DNA of 64,000 nucleotides from Amoebophrya sp. A120 (lineage: Eukaryota; Protista; Dinoflagellata): NCBI GenBank assembly GCA_905178155.1, contig CAJINV010000035.1:1879-65878 (forward strand), written 5' to 3'. This document shows, piece after piece, positions 36,165 to 47,863 of this stretch. Below the pieces are notes generated by a model. The model saw only the letters and a program-made list of their open reading frames with translations. It did no database searches and had not been told where the DNA came from. The translations under genes were made by a program, and so were the position numbers. Every line of letters begins with the position of its first letter. Within the stretch, counting starts at the first letter, position 1.

Positions 36165-37190
36165 GCCACTGGCTCTGCGGGAACCACCGGCCTGGCGATC
36201 ACCACTGCTCTTGCGGGAACCACTGCCCTGGCGGTAGGCGCTGCCCTTGCGGGGGCCGCTGCCTCTGCGGCAGCCCGTGCTTCTGCGGTGACCACCGCTC
36301 CGGCGGCAACCACTGCCCTTGCGACTACCGCTGCTCCCGCGCGAACCAATGGCCCTGTGGGAACCGCCGCTCCTGCGGCAGCCACTGGCCCCGCGGTAAC
36401 CACTGCCCCGACGGTAGCCACTGCCTCGGCGATGGCCACTGCCCCTGCGGTAGCCACTGCCTCGGCGGTAACCACTGCTCTGGCGGGAACCGGTGCCGTT
36501 GCGAGTACCACTGCTCCGGCGGTAGCCACTGCCTCGGCGGTAGCCACTGCCCCTGCGGTAGGCACTGCTCTGGCGGGGACCACTGCCCTTGCGACTACCA
36601 CTGCTCCGGCGGTAGCCACTGCCTCGGCGGTAGCGACTACTCTGGCGGGAACCACTGCTCTGGCGGGAACCACTGCCCTTGCGAGTGCCACTGCTCCGGC
36701 TGTAGCCACTGCCTCGGCGGTATCCACTGCCCCTACGGTAGCCACTGCCTCGGCGGTAACCACTGCTCTGGCGGAAACCACTGCCCTTGCGACTACCACT
36801 GCTCCGGCGGTAGCCACTGCCCCTGCGGTAGCCACTGCCTCGGCGATAACCACTGCTCTGGCGGGAACCACTGCCCTTGCGACTACCACTGCTCCGGCGG
36901 TAGCCACTGCCCCTGCGGTAGCCGCTGCCTCGGCGGTAACCACTGCCCTGGCGGGAACCACTGCCCTGGCGGGAACCACTGCTTTTGCGACTGCCACTGC
37001 TCCGGCGGTAGCCACTGCTCCTGCGGTAGCCACTGCCTCGGCGGTAACCACTGCCCTGGCGGGAGCCACTGCCCTTGCGACTACCACTGCTCCTGCGGTA
37101 GCCACTGCCTTGGCGCCTACCACTGCTCCGGCGGTAGCCACTGCCTCGGCGGTAACCACTGCTCCCGCACGAACCAGTGCCCTTGCGAGA
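36165..37190. repeat. 18-nt-unit minisatellite (RCCACTGCY..GCG..), open in four frames; probable low-complexity Ala/Thr/Val-rich protein
   Basis: About 55 units such as accactgctccggcggta / gccactgcctcggcggta. Track ORFs 36048-37202(+), 36110-37264(+), 36101-37279(-) and 35949-37328(-). Confidence 0.85.
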
Positions 37191-39026
37191 CCCACTTCTT
37201 GAATGTTCGCGCGCTGCGCAAGACTTGCCGTTGCGATAACCACTGCGCCAACGAAAACTACTGATCCTGCGCGAACCACTGCCGCTGCAGGGAGGCCGTG
37301 TGTCCCTGTCCACGACTAAACGCGACACATGAAGCGATCTTATTCACGTCGCAGTTAAAGAAGTTGCGTGAACAAGATCCGGAACTTCGAATTTCCAAGC
37401 ATTCTGGTCTCCTACGAGCGGCCAGCGATAGGCATGCGTCTCTGATTTGAGGTTTTGTGAATGTCGTGAAACCATTGCGTTTTGTCAGACAAAAAAGTGT
37501 ATCCGAAATGCTCATGAATGTTGTCAATGCGACCTCCGCAGTTGGTATTTTCGTTGTGGTCGTGTCCAGGCCAACGTTTTGACCTCTGCACAATAAATAG
37601 CGCTGCAACCCCTGCGTGTGGCTCGACCACAGCAGAGACAAATTGAAATCTAGAGTGTGGACCATGCTTTTCAGTGTTATGCTTTCCATCCTACACGAAA
37701 GCAAAAGCTGCTGAATCAGACAAGAATGAAGTAGGCACTGAAGAAGTACTACCAGTCGTGACGAAATACCGAGAGTGAGCACTGCAGCTCGCTCGCTATC
37801 TTGAAGAATGTCTTGAGCAAAAAATCTGTTTCAAAAAACGACGGTTGCGTTTAGGCGGACAATTACAAAAATAATGCGACATGAACTTTTTCTGCAACAC
37901 TTTTTCTTTCTATGTGTCACACCAGTATAGAGATGCTTGATGCGTGAAGTTGGGAACGCGTTTTCTTTACGTTCCTCCAGCGCTACTTCAAGAAAATCTC
38001 CTTGTTCGAGAGCCACTCAAAAAAGACAAATAAAGACGCCTCTAACTACCTCTGCTGAAAAAATAGATTTGCGGTGAACTTGCAGAAAGAAGGGAGAAAT
38101 ATTTTTAGGTAAGGCCGGAGTCTTCTACGATGCTTTGCACGTTCTATTTCATTCTGCTGTATTTCTGAGGCTTTTGTTTTTGTCTGCTTCAACGTTTTAA
38201 GTCTCAAAGCCTCTAGATGAAGTTCGAATAAATAAAAAATGTTTTCGCTGTGAAGAAAATTCGAATAAATAAAAGTGTTGTCGTGCTGCTGAATAAAAGT
38301 GGTTTTTTTGAACGTTACGTAGTATTTACACAGAGCAAAATGATGCACCGCATTCATCATTGAAGCGGAATTCATATTCAGATTGGTTTGCTATCGTCAA
38401 ATATCTCGTGATTGTATTCTGCCACTGCCTTGACCTTAGGGTGCATTAGCAAAAAGTAACTTAAAAAGTCGCGCGTTGATAAATGACCTTCGGACCGCGG
38501 GGGCGGCCGACCGAAGGATCCACACCACGGCTGGGGTATGTATTACAGCATCTTTTGGATCGTAATCAACAAAACATAAGTAGTCTTACATCTCAACACT
38601 ACGCACAGACTGAAGATATCGTGTAAAGCGCACAAAGACGACTTTGGCAGCACTTTGGCTGCGATCTTTGCATTTGCGAAAATCTAAATTCATTGCGCGC
38701 GATTTCGTTTTCCAAATACAAAACAACTTTCACAAAAAGCACATTATCGGAGAAAAAAAAACGCAGAAGTGCATCAAAATCAACCCCCGAGGCCGAACTA
38801 TGGAAGCGCCAAGCCCGAAATCGAAAAAGCTAAAAAAATTTTTAATGCACAGAAGCGACTCTCTGGGAGTGATGGCAGCAGAAGAAAGCTGCGTAGCTGT
38901 TTGGGGTTTGAGATAAAGCTTGTAAAGCAGCATGACAAAACCAGTTTTCTGTGCAAAAGCAGCAGGGTGCAAAATTGGAACTCGATGCTGCCAAAGGATG
39001 CAGCACTCTTCTGATCTGGTTCCGGC

Positions 39027-42000
39027 TTGTGGCCATTTCATGGATGGCAAATTCTCTCAAACAGCTTTTTCAATTTCAGCCCTGGCACTTTCATACAAAG
39101 ACACCGAGAAAGTAGGCCCGAGTGGTTTGGTCCGGTATGGTGTTGGCGCTCCTTGGTCCTTGCATTTTGGCATGCACGCGCTTCCATTCCGTTTGCCAGG
39201 GTTTGGGGATGCTCGTGCACTTGGGATCGTCTTGTTCGATTTCGTCCTTCGTTTTATTCAGTCGTTTGAACTCCTCGCGTACCAAATGCAAATATGTCTG
39301 GGTCTGGAAAGTTGTGATGCTAAAGTTTGGATAAGACTGGCGCTCTCAAGTGCAACCACGCATGACAAATATACTTGACGCCGTGTCAAGCGTCGCACGC
39401 ATGACAAACTGCGTTTTCGCAGGACTAAAAAGTAGTGCCTTTCTTCTTCTAGCTGGCTGTGCAATACAGACTTCTCAGAGATGCAACACATGCAGCACAA
39501 GTTCCACTTTTCCAGACCCAGACATTTTTGCAATGCATATCGTGATATACACCGACGATCAGGCCGACCTTGCTAGTACTGTTGTATGAATAGAAAAAGT
39601 AGCGCATGGAGTGCAAATTGCAATATAGGTAGTTACTTTCTCAGAAGAACAAGAGGGGCCTGTAAACCTGATATACATCTACCTGACTAGCGAGATTGAT
39701 AATGCGTCAGCACAATATTGCAATTACTGTGAGCGCAGTTTTCGGTTGTGGTGGATATCTTGTATGCAGGGCAAATATGTCTGGGTCTGGAGAGAATGAT
39801 TCGTGATGCTAACTCTTTAATCATGCAGCGTCCCGTTTTGCATGAGCAGCAAGAGGCGCTTAGCTTTTTGCCACCCTGAGAAGGCATTTCTCATGCAGGA
39901 TTCGCATGAGTAAGCATCACAGACATGTCGAGTCGTGTCCAGTTTGCATGACAAGCTTTCGTCAACCATCCAGACGCAAACGTATTTGCAATGCATATTT
40001 TCTGCTGGCGCAAAATTCCGGGTTGGATTCTTCGGTTGAGCAGGTGTTTCAAAATATTTATGACCCCTTCAGCTACTGCATGCCATACTGCTACCGATCA
40101 TAAAACGCTTGTCATGACAAACCAGCAAGAGCAAAATTATGCGCGCTTCGTCGGTCGCATGACAAAATTTGCCATGCGACCGACGAAGCGCACATACGAC
40201 CCTATTGGAAGTTTCCCTTAATATGTCGCAGATTGTAGTATATGTATCCGAATCCGTGAGCACGCCACAGCTTTTGCATGACAACCGCGCTAAAGTTGTA
40301 TGTAGCAAGCGAGAATGCAACATGTGAAGAGGCCATACGGTTGGAGGTTTTCTTCAAAGCCAGATCGCGTAGGCGAAGAGACTTATTCCCCGCACTGTCC
40401 TTCCCCTGTTCGGACTTTACTCGGCTTCGCTATCCCCTGTTCAGGTGTTGCAGTAGCAGGTTTGACAAATGGAGGCGCATTTCAGTATCTGCCGCATGAT
40501 AAGGCGTTGCTCCATTTGTAACAAATCAGACTGCGACACCTGAGCACGCCATAAAACCACTCTATTCCCGACTTCGATTAGGTCTTGTGAGGTTAGTCCT
40601 TTTTTCTTTCCCCACCCTCGGGTGCTCGCTATTTTTCCTTCCAGCACTTGCCGCCTCCGTTCCTGCCCGGTGATGCGCGGCACGTCGTCGTCACTCCAAT
40701 TGCTGTCTTCATACTCGTCGGAGTGTTCTTCCTGGTCAGCGGGATTCTGCCCTATGCTGCGCTTGTTGAATAGCCCTGTGCTTTTCGACGACGAAGCGGC
40801 CGCGCTTTTCGACGCGTCAAGTAGCGTCGTGCTTTTCGACGACGAAGTGGCTGATCTTTCGTTCGAGGATGAAGTGGTAGTCGGGAAAGAAGAAGTGGTT
40901 GATCTTTGGTTTGAAGATTTGCCCAGCCTGGTCAGCGCGTTGCTATTTGGTAGAGCTGCGTACTTATCAAAAGGAAAAGCCCCCCCTTCCCACATCAAAA
41001 TGAAGTTTCTGATGCTGGATCTGCGTACTACACAAATCAGATCTGTCTTGCTGGAGAGGACTGCAGGCCCATACTAAGAGCGAGTAGAAATATTTTGGCT
41101 TGGGCGCGTAGCAGCAAAAACGTCGGCGCTGTAGGCCCAACAGCATGACAAACCGTCTGCACAATGCGACGGAGCATGCGAAGTCGCCTTTTTGCAAGAC
41201 AGACACGATTTGTGGCCACAAATCAGCATCACAAATCTCCAAAACATAGCTTTTCAGTAAGGGGATGGGGAATTTTTCCTTTCAATACAGTTCCAAGTCG
41301 AGCAGATCATCGTCGAGAAAATCCTCGTCAAAGATGTCGTTGTCCTTGTTGTCCTTGTCGCTGTCTTATGAAGTGCAAATACTCCTGGATCTGGATTTTT
41401 GTCATGCAGACGTGTGGATGCTGGTCAACAACCTCCAGTATGTTGACGTTGACCAGCCAACGCATAACAACTTTTTGAGGGAGTACTTATTTTTGTCTTA
41501 CGGGAACCGCATCACAAGTTGCGATTTTGCATGACAATCAAGTGCCGCTGTGTCACTGTCGGCATGTTGAGGAATGTCTTCTCATCCTCGTCAGTCAAAC
41601 ATGACAAGCACTGCATCTCTCCAGACCAAGGCATCTTTGCAATTCATATGAAGCCGTCGTCGGAATAATTCCCAGCACTAATGCCCTGGTCGCCCATCCA
41701 GCTCGATTCTTCGTGAGCCTGTTTGTTGTTTTTTTTCGCCGTTGACGCGGTGGTGCCCGCGATTAGTGAAGACGATGAGGAGCTGCTAAGTTTTTGCTGG
41801 AAGAGGAGTTTTTTCGGTTGCTGGAAGAGGAGTTTTTGCTGGAAGAGGGTCTCGTCCTGATTTCGAGATGAACCATCTTCGTAGCTCGTGTCATGGAGGT
41901 TGTCGTGCTATGGGAGTGCACAACTCCACCTCTTTCTCATTTGGAGTTGATTTCTAGCAACAGAAATCACCGCAAAAACGTATCTTCTGCATGAGAAATG

Positions 42001-43700
42001 ATCCACACCCGGAGTGTAGTGTAAAAGTAAAACGCACGCTCTGCATGACAAAACCACAGATAGGATTTCGCGTTTTTGCATGACCGAGGAGGGGAGGCAG
42101 GGTTGTGCACTCTCATAGGAGTGGGCTAGTGCGCTTCTTGTTTTCGTTTTTGTGTTTGCTGCTGCCCTGCTTCTTCCTACTGTCCTTGCTGCCGCCCTGC
42201 TTTTCCGTGTTCTTTTTTACACAATTTTTTTTGCTCGACGACGACGACCCCTGTGATGCCAGGCCATCGTACGGAAGGCTCTTCTATGCATTACAAATAC
42301 GTCTGGGTCTGGAAGGATACAAACCTGTAATGCGGGTTCTCGAAGAGACAAAAATCAAAAGACTTTATTGATTTTTGTCTCCTTTTTGTTTTTCCAGATG
42401 CACAACCAGCATGAGATGTTTCTGCCTCCTTGTGGATCCAGACCTATTTGCACTTGGTACGTTTTGGGCGCCAAGCTTTGCTGCGTTGCTATCCAGCGTG
42501 GCGCTTGCGGCAAATGGCGATGATGAAGAGGAGGGGGCAACACCACCTACGGTGCCGGAGGGAGTCGACGACGCCGGGACGTCCTTGTCACTGTTTTCCA
42601 TCGTCGGAGCCGCGCTGGTGCCAGGCTGTCCCAGGCCCAGGAACGCTTCCATGATCGGCGTGTCGACGCCCGGCTTCCACTCGACATCGGGCTCTGCACC
42701 GATCTCCAACGCATACCGGCGGTACTTCAGGGGGGAGATGCACTTCCCGAGGACAGCCGGCGGCGGCGGGATGTGGAATACGTCTCCCGCTGCAGGCGGC
42801 GGCTCGCCGCCATGGTTCTTTCCGCGCTCCAGCTTCATACCGGCCGTCTTAATCCACTTCTTGTACAGCTCGACAGGTTGTCCATTGCAAAGATCGATCT
42901 GGGTCTGGAAGGCTGCAGAAGTTTTCTATCATGCGTCTTTTCTTGCATCTCCTGTGAGAACAAGATCTGTTTATAATGCACGCGGCGCATGACAAAGTCT
43001 GCGAAATAGATCTCTCCATGCCCAGCCTGTGAATGAAATGTTGCCCTGTCTTGTAGACAAACATCTTCACAGGGCGTTTTTATTTGCTGACTACGCAACA
43101 CAGATTTTTTTCTGTTCCAAAATCAGCATCACAAGAGGTTTCTTTGCATCTTTTCAGACCCAGACTACATCTTTGAATTTCATACCGTCAGCGCTTGACG
43201 AGTGTCGTCTGTCCCGTACAGCCCGTTCTTGTCGATGATTTCTCTGACGTACATTCTTTATGAACTGCAAACAGTAGTCTGCGTCGTCATCTCTGACGTA
43301 CATTCTTCATGCTGTTAATGGCCACGCATTCTGCTAAGCCAGATGATAGATAAGCCGCAAGCCTGTGCGCCAAACATGTGGCGCTGGATCTATCACGCAA
43401 AGCAGACGCGTTTACTCTACTTTTGCGCAGCAAGCATGTTAAATCTTGCACCTTCCAGACCCAGACTACGCATTTGCACTCGGTAAGAATTCGCCGCCCT
43501 TCTTCTGCGTATAGCAGCCGTCATTGCTTGCGTCTTTGAAGAGACTACCTGCCGTAGGCAGGTAGTTACTTCCAAGGCAAAACGTCTCACCATTCCAGAC
43601 CGGCTCGATTTCCGGTCGATTCTCTTTGTTTTTGCGACGTGGCGGCATTCTGCGCGCTCCACGTCGTGTCGACACCAATGTGATGCTGAAGATGATGTTG
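39027..43700 (-). CDS. Hypothetical protein with about 10 introner introns (ends approximate)
   Basis: In-frame joins verified at 39280-39539, 39585-39757 plus 39763-39997, and 40059-40220. Further TIR elements at 40965-41287, 41367-41648, 41909-42117, 42285-42459 and ~42880-43184 separate open exons (40441-40964, 42460-42879). Confidence 0.5.
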
Positions 43701-45020
43701 CCGCCCGTTGTTATGTTGGAAAGAATGTAGAGTGAGTTGTCGCTGTTATGTTGAAAAAATAACCACAGTGTTCTTTCCTGCCACGTAGTACGACGTAGTT
43801 TTTGGTTCTATTGGGCGGGTAAATCTGCCTGTGTTCCCGGCTCGTCTCCGGTTGGCTGCGTGGAATGCTGTTCTTGTTCCCGGAGTGCTTGGTAGTAATT
43901 TCAAAACTTAGTTTCGTGTTTCAAATACAATTATGATGTCGCCGTAACCGTTATTTCTTTGAGATAGGAATTCAAGTAATAATTAAGTATCAGTATGTCG
44001 CCGCTTTTCCACTATTTTCCTTCTGAGTAGTGCCTACTAGTCACAGTTTCCGCATTCATCGTGGTGAAAAATGATGCTCCTTTCTGAGCAAGTGAGAAAG
44101 CCACTGTGCTGAACAGAAGAAAAAGCAGCTAGTAGATCCTGAAGCATGTGAAGCCCGGCAACAGTTTGCAGGTGAAACACGACGACGGTTTCCACTGCTG
44201 TCAGCGAAAAGCAACCATGAACACGAGGTTTATCTGAAAAACTACTCCGCTGGTACTGATTCGCAAGCGGTGCGCTCTGAAACACGAATCCGTTCGCCTT
44301 CCGCCGCGCTTCCTTCCATTCATTCTTCAGTGACTTTTCTTGTGTGAAAACGTTGTAGCTCTTGTCACTCAAAAAACCTGAATGTTCTTGTTCGTTGTCC
44401 GAAACAACATATTATCGACGATGATTTTAATAAAGTCAAATCGAAATTTCTTCTTCCATTACAAATCTCACACACAGCACACGAAAATTTTGAAAATTTT
44501 CTTCACTAATATTCATCATACAGCGTTGATTCTAAGTAGGATCTTAATCTTATACTGGCTTTTAAAAGTAATAAATGGAAACAAAAAAAAGTTCACAAAA
44601 ACGAAAAGCCAGGATTTCGTCATGCATCCTAGATCGAAATTGTACTACATCAAAACTTTCGGTTGCAACACCATTCTTAACCTGGGGCGCACTTATTGTG
44701 CAGGTTCCAATAAACAAGGTACACGTGCTGATTTACATAAGAAACAATTCATTTCCGGTCGGCACGGTTGTAGCACGTTGCTGAATCACAAATTTCATGG
44801 AAACAAAAAAAGTTCGCAAAAACTCATACCATACTGAAATCACGGACTCACTCCAACTGGGAAAATTTACGCTGCTTTTCTGTAATCGGAAAACCACACT
44901 GAAGAGTCGATAATTTTCATCCATAAAAGAGTTGTGAATCTACCGTCCGAAAGCTTCGCTATGAAGGACTAGCTCGTATTTACAACTGCCACAGCTGTTC
45001 AAGCACGAAAGTAAAATTGC

Positions 45021-47410
45021 CTACTTTCTGATGCCCGTTTTCGGTCGAGAACTTCGACGCGATGATAAACCCTCTTCCTCGCGGTCCCCCTCGCTGGAAC
45101 TCAAATCCTCGCTAGAAAAATCCTCGTCTGAGGACGCACCGCTGGAAAAATCTTCGTCGTCGACTGATGCTTCCTCGCCAGATGAAGAATCCTCGTTTAA
45201 TATTTGCTTGCTGCTAGCAACGTGAGCTCTATTTGTTCTCTCGCCGGTCACGGAAGTTGTTACTGGTACCTGGATGTCGACTGCGTCGTCGTCTTCGCCC
45301 GGCTGCACGGAGTTTTGCTGCGTGCTAACGATTATGCATTGCAAATAAGTATGTCGGGGTCCTTTTGTGGAAAATGCAAAATCATGCAAAAACGCAGTTT
45401 GTCATGCTGAACACACAACACCCAGCAACTGCAACTCCGAAACTTGTCATGCTGAGCCGTGACTTGCTGCGTTCTTTAGATTCGCCGCTCAGCATCACAA
45501 GGTTCCACACGACCCAGACATATTTTCATTTGATAACGACGTGATCTACCTCCACCTCCGAATCATCCTCCTCTTTGCTGGTGCTGTTCTCGTCCACCGT
45601 GGGCTTGTGCTTGTAGTTTATTTGGGAAGAATCATTTTTACCCGACATCATCAAAACGTTTCTTGTAAAGCCCTTACCGCCCGTCACCGTGTGGTGGTTG
45701 AAAGTTCCTCGCTCTGCCCCCGCAACGCCCAGCTGCTCCGCGTCGTCCACCTTCTCGTCGTCAGAAGAGGCCCCGCTAGAACTGGAAGCCTCGTCTTCTC
45801 CGCTAGAAGAAATCAGCGACGAGGCAGCTCTTTTTCTTTCGCCTGCTTCTACGGAAAGTACCCGGGATGGGGATGCGCCACTGTCGCGCCAGTTCATCTC
45901 CAGGTCCTGCTCCTGGGACTCGTTGTGTTCGGTAATGGTGTCCACCGCCCGCTGGAGCTCCCAGCGGTGTTCCTCGAGGGCCTGTTCTGCATCTTCGGCT
46001 GAAATGTCCTGCTCTTGAAAAATCTCCACCAGCATTCCGATTTTTTCTTGCTTTTCTTGCTCCCATACCGCGTGGAATCGGTTCATATTTGCATCCTTTT
46101 CGCGACCCTCAGTACCTGTCAAAGCCGGGTAGTTGCTATTCGTGCTACTGCTGGATGAAGACGATGACGAAGAGCTGGACGCGCCAGCCAGGCCTGCGAG
46201 AACTCCGCCATGGGAACTTGAAAGCTGCGTGTTCGCAGAACCTTGCACAGAATTTCGCTCCCTGTTGTCGACGTCTACTCCCACCGGCGCACTCTCCTCG
46301 CTACTGCTCTTTTCGTCTTCGAAGAAGATTGCGTAGTTGCCTGTGAGTGATTTTTTGTCGTCCACCAGCTACAGTTCCCGTTGTATAAAATTCCCGAAGT
46401 ACTAGCTAGAAACAAATATCTGAGGTCTCCGCTTCTCTTATTTGTTCTACAAAAAAAATCAATCGTGCCGTGTGTACGAATACGTTTTTGATCTCCATAC
46501 GTGAAAAAATCAGAAGAATGTGAATACCGACGACCACAACCTTTCGCTCCCTCGTCCACCCTCCGGTCTCCTCCACGGCCGGAGCGGAAGATTCAACACT
46601 TATCCTGAGCAAAAACGTCCCCAACCCAGCGTAGTCAAGTTGGTATTAAATCTGCAGCAACACAAATCTCTAAACCTTAGGAGTTGTGCATAACAACTTC
46701 CCATCTGCAGTATTGTGCTGCTTAGCAAGGGAAGCCGCATGAGAAAGCAATTTACTTCACATGCTGTTTACAAACAGGATTACAAATGCCAAAGCACGAT
46801 TGCAAATGCCTGTCGTGGGGAGATTCGCATCACAAAAGCTTCTGTCATTGCACATTTGCATGACAACTCGGTGGTGGGAACGTTTTTACACAGGATACCC
46901 CTGTCATCATCGTTTTGTCCAGGACCACTCTCTTCACTTCCATCCTCCCTGTCGTCCTCCGCAGCTGACTCGGAGCAGAGATCGATAACCTCCGACTTGT
47001 TTTCCTGAAACACTGGAAGTAGTAGCTCGGTGCCTGGAACTTGTTGTTGTTCGTCCTGCACCGCAATTCGACTCTTGGCGCTGTAGTTTCTCACGTTGGT
47101 AGAAGTTGTACCTGTCATGTCGTGTCTTTTTACTTCTTTTTTCTGCTAGTGCAATTTTTATCATACTTTTGCATTCCATATCAATCTCGTCGTCCCGCAC
47201 GAGGACCGGTTGCTGTACTAATAAAGACGTACCATTCATCATCTCGCCGTGTTCGTTATTTGTCGAATCATTTTCTGGTTGTCGTTGTTCTCGCTGTCGC
47301 GGCCCCTGGGCCTTGCACTCTCCCTCCCCCTCCCCGTCACGACCACACTCGGGGAGCCGTTCCTGCTCTACCCGCGAACTGGTCCTGTCCTCGTCTTGGT
47401 CGGAATCCAC
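45021..47410 (-). CDS. Acidic low-complexity protein with UBA/CUE-like helical domain
   Basis: EKIGMLVEIFQEQDISAEDAEQALEEHRWELQRAVDTI at ~45935-46050. In-frame joins across introners 45333-45535, 46384-46526, 46601-46897 and ~46987-47180. Start uncertain. Confidence 0.6.
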
Positions 47411-47863
47411 TCTACTTGCGGGTTCGCCTGGGGTGGGATTTTGGTTGGAGGGCCATGGATAGTCGACAACAGTGAATTGTCTAGACTCGATCGAAGCTGG
47501 ACATGAGAGTCGTGTAGAAATATTATTTTTTCCGCATGAATAAAAAAATCATGTACCTGAAGATCCTTCTCCCCCGCCTTGATCCGAATCATCCGAGAGA
47601 ACGAGGGGCTCCATACAGGAAAAATGCGGGTGCTGGCGTTCCTGTGACGTTTATGCAATGCAAATTTTAATTTTCCGGCGGGATGGGGAAATTTGTTATG
47701 CTAAGTTGTGAAGAGGGATTGTCAACAAGCACTTCGTAATAAGCATGAAAAAATGTGATGTCGCATGACGAAAAGAGTCTCTGTCAGAGACGGACCTGCT
47801 CTTGAGTATGGTCTAGTTGAGTACGCCAGGAATGCGAGACCACACCAGCACGCCCACGCTGCA

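Noticed and set aside
36140-36170. RFHGT in ORF 35949-37328 as a second PARP His motif
   Set aside because: Isolated match next to a low-complexity repeat, with no Tyr or Glu motifs.
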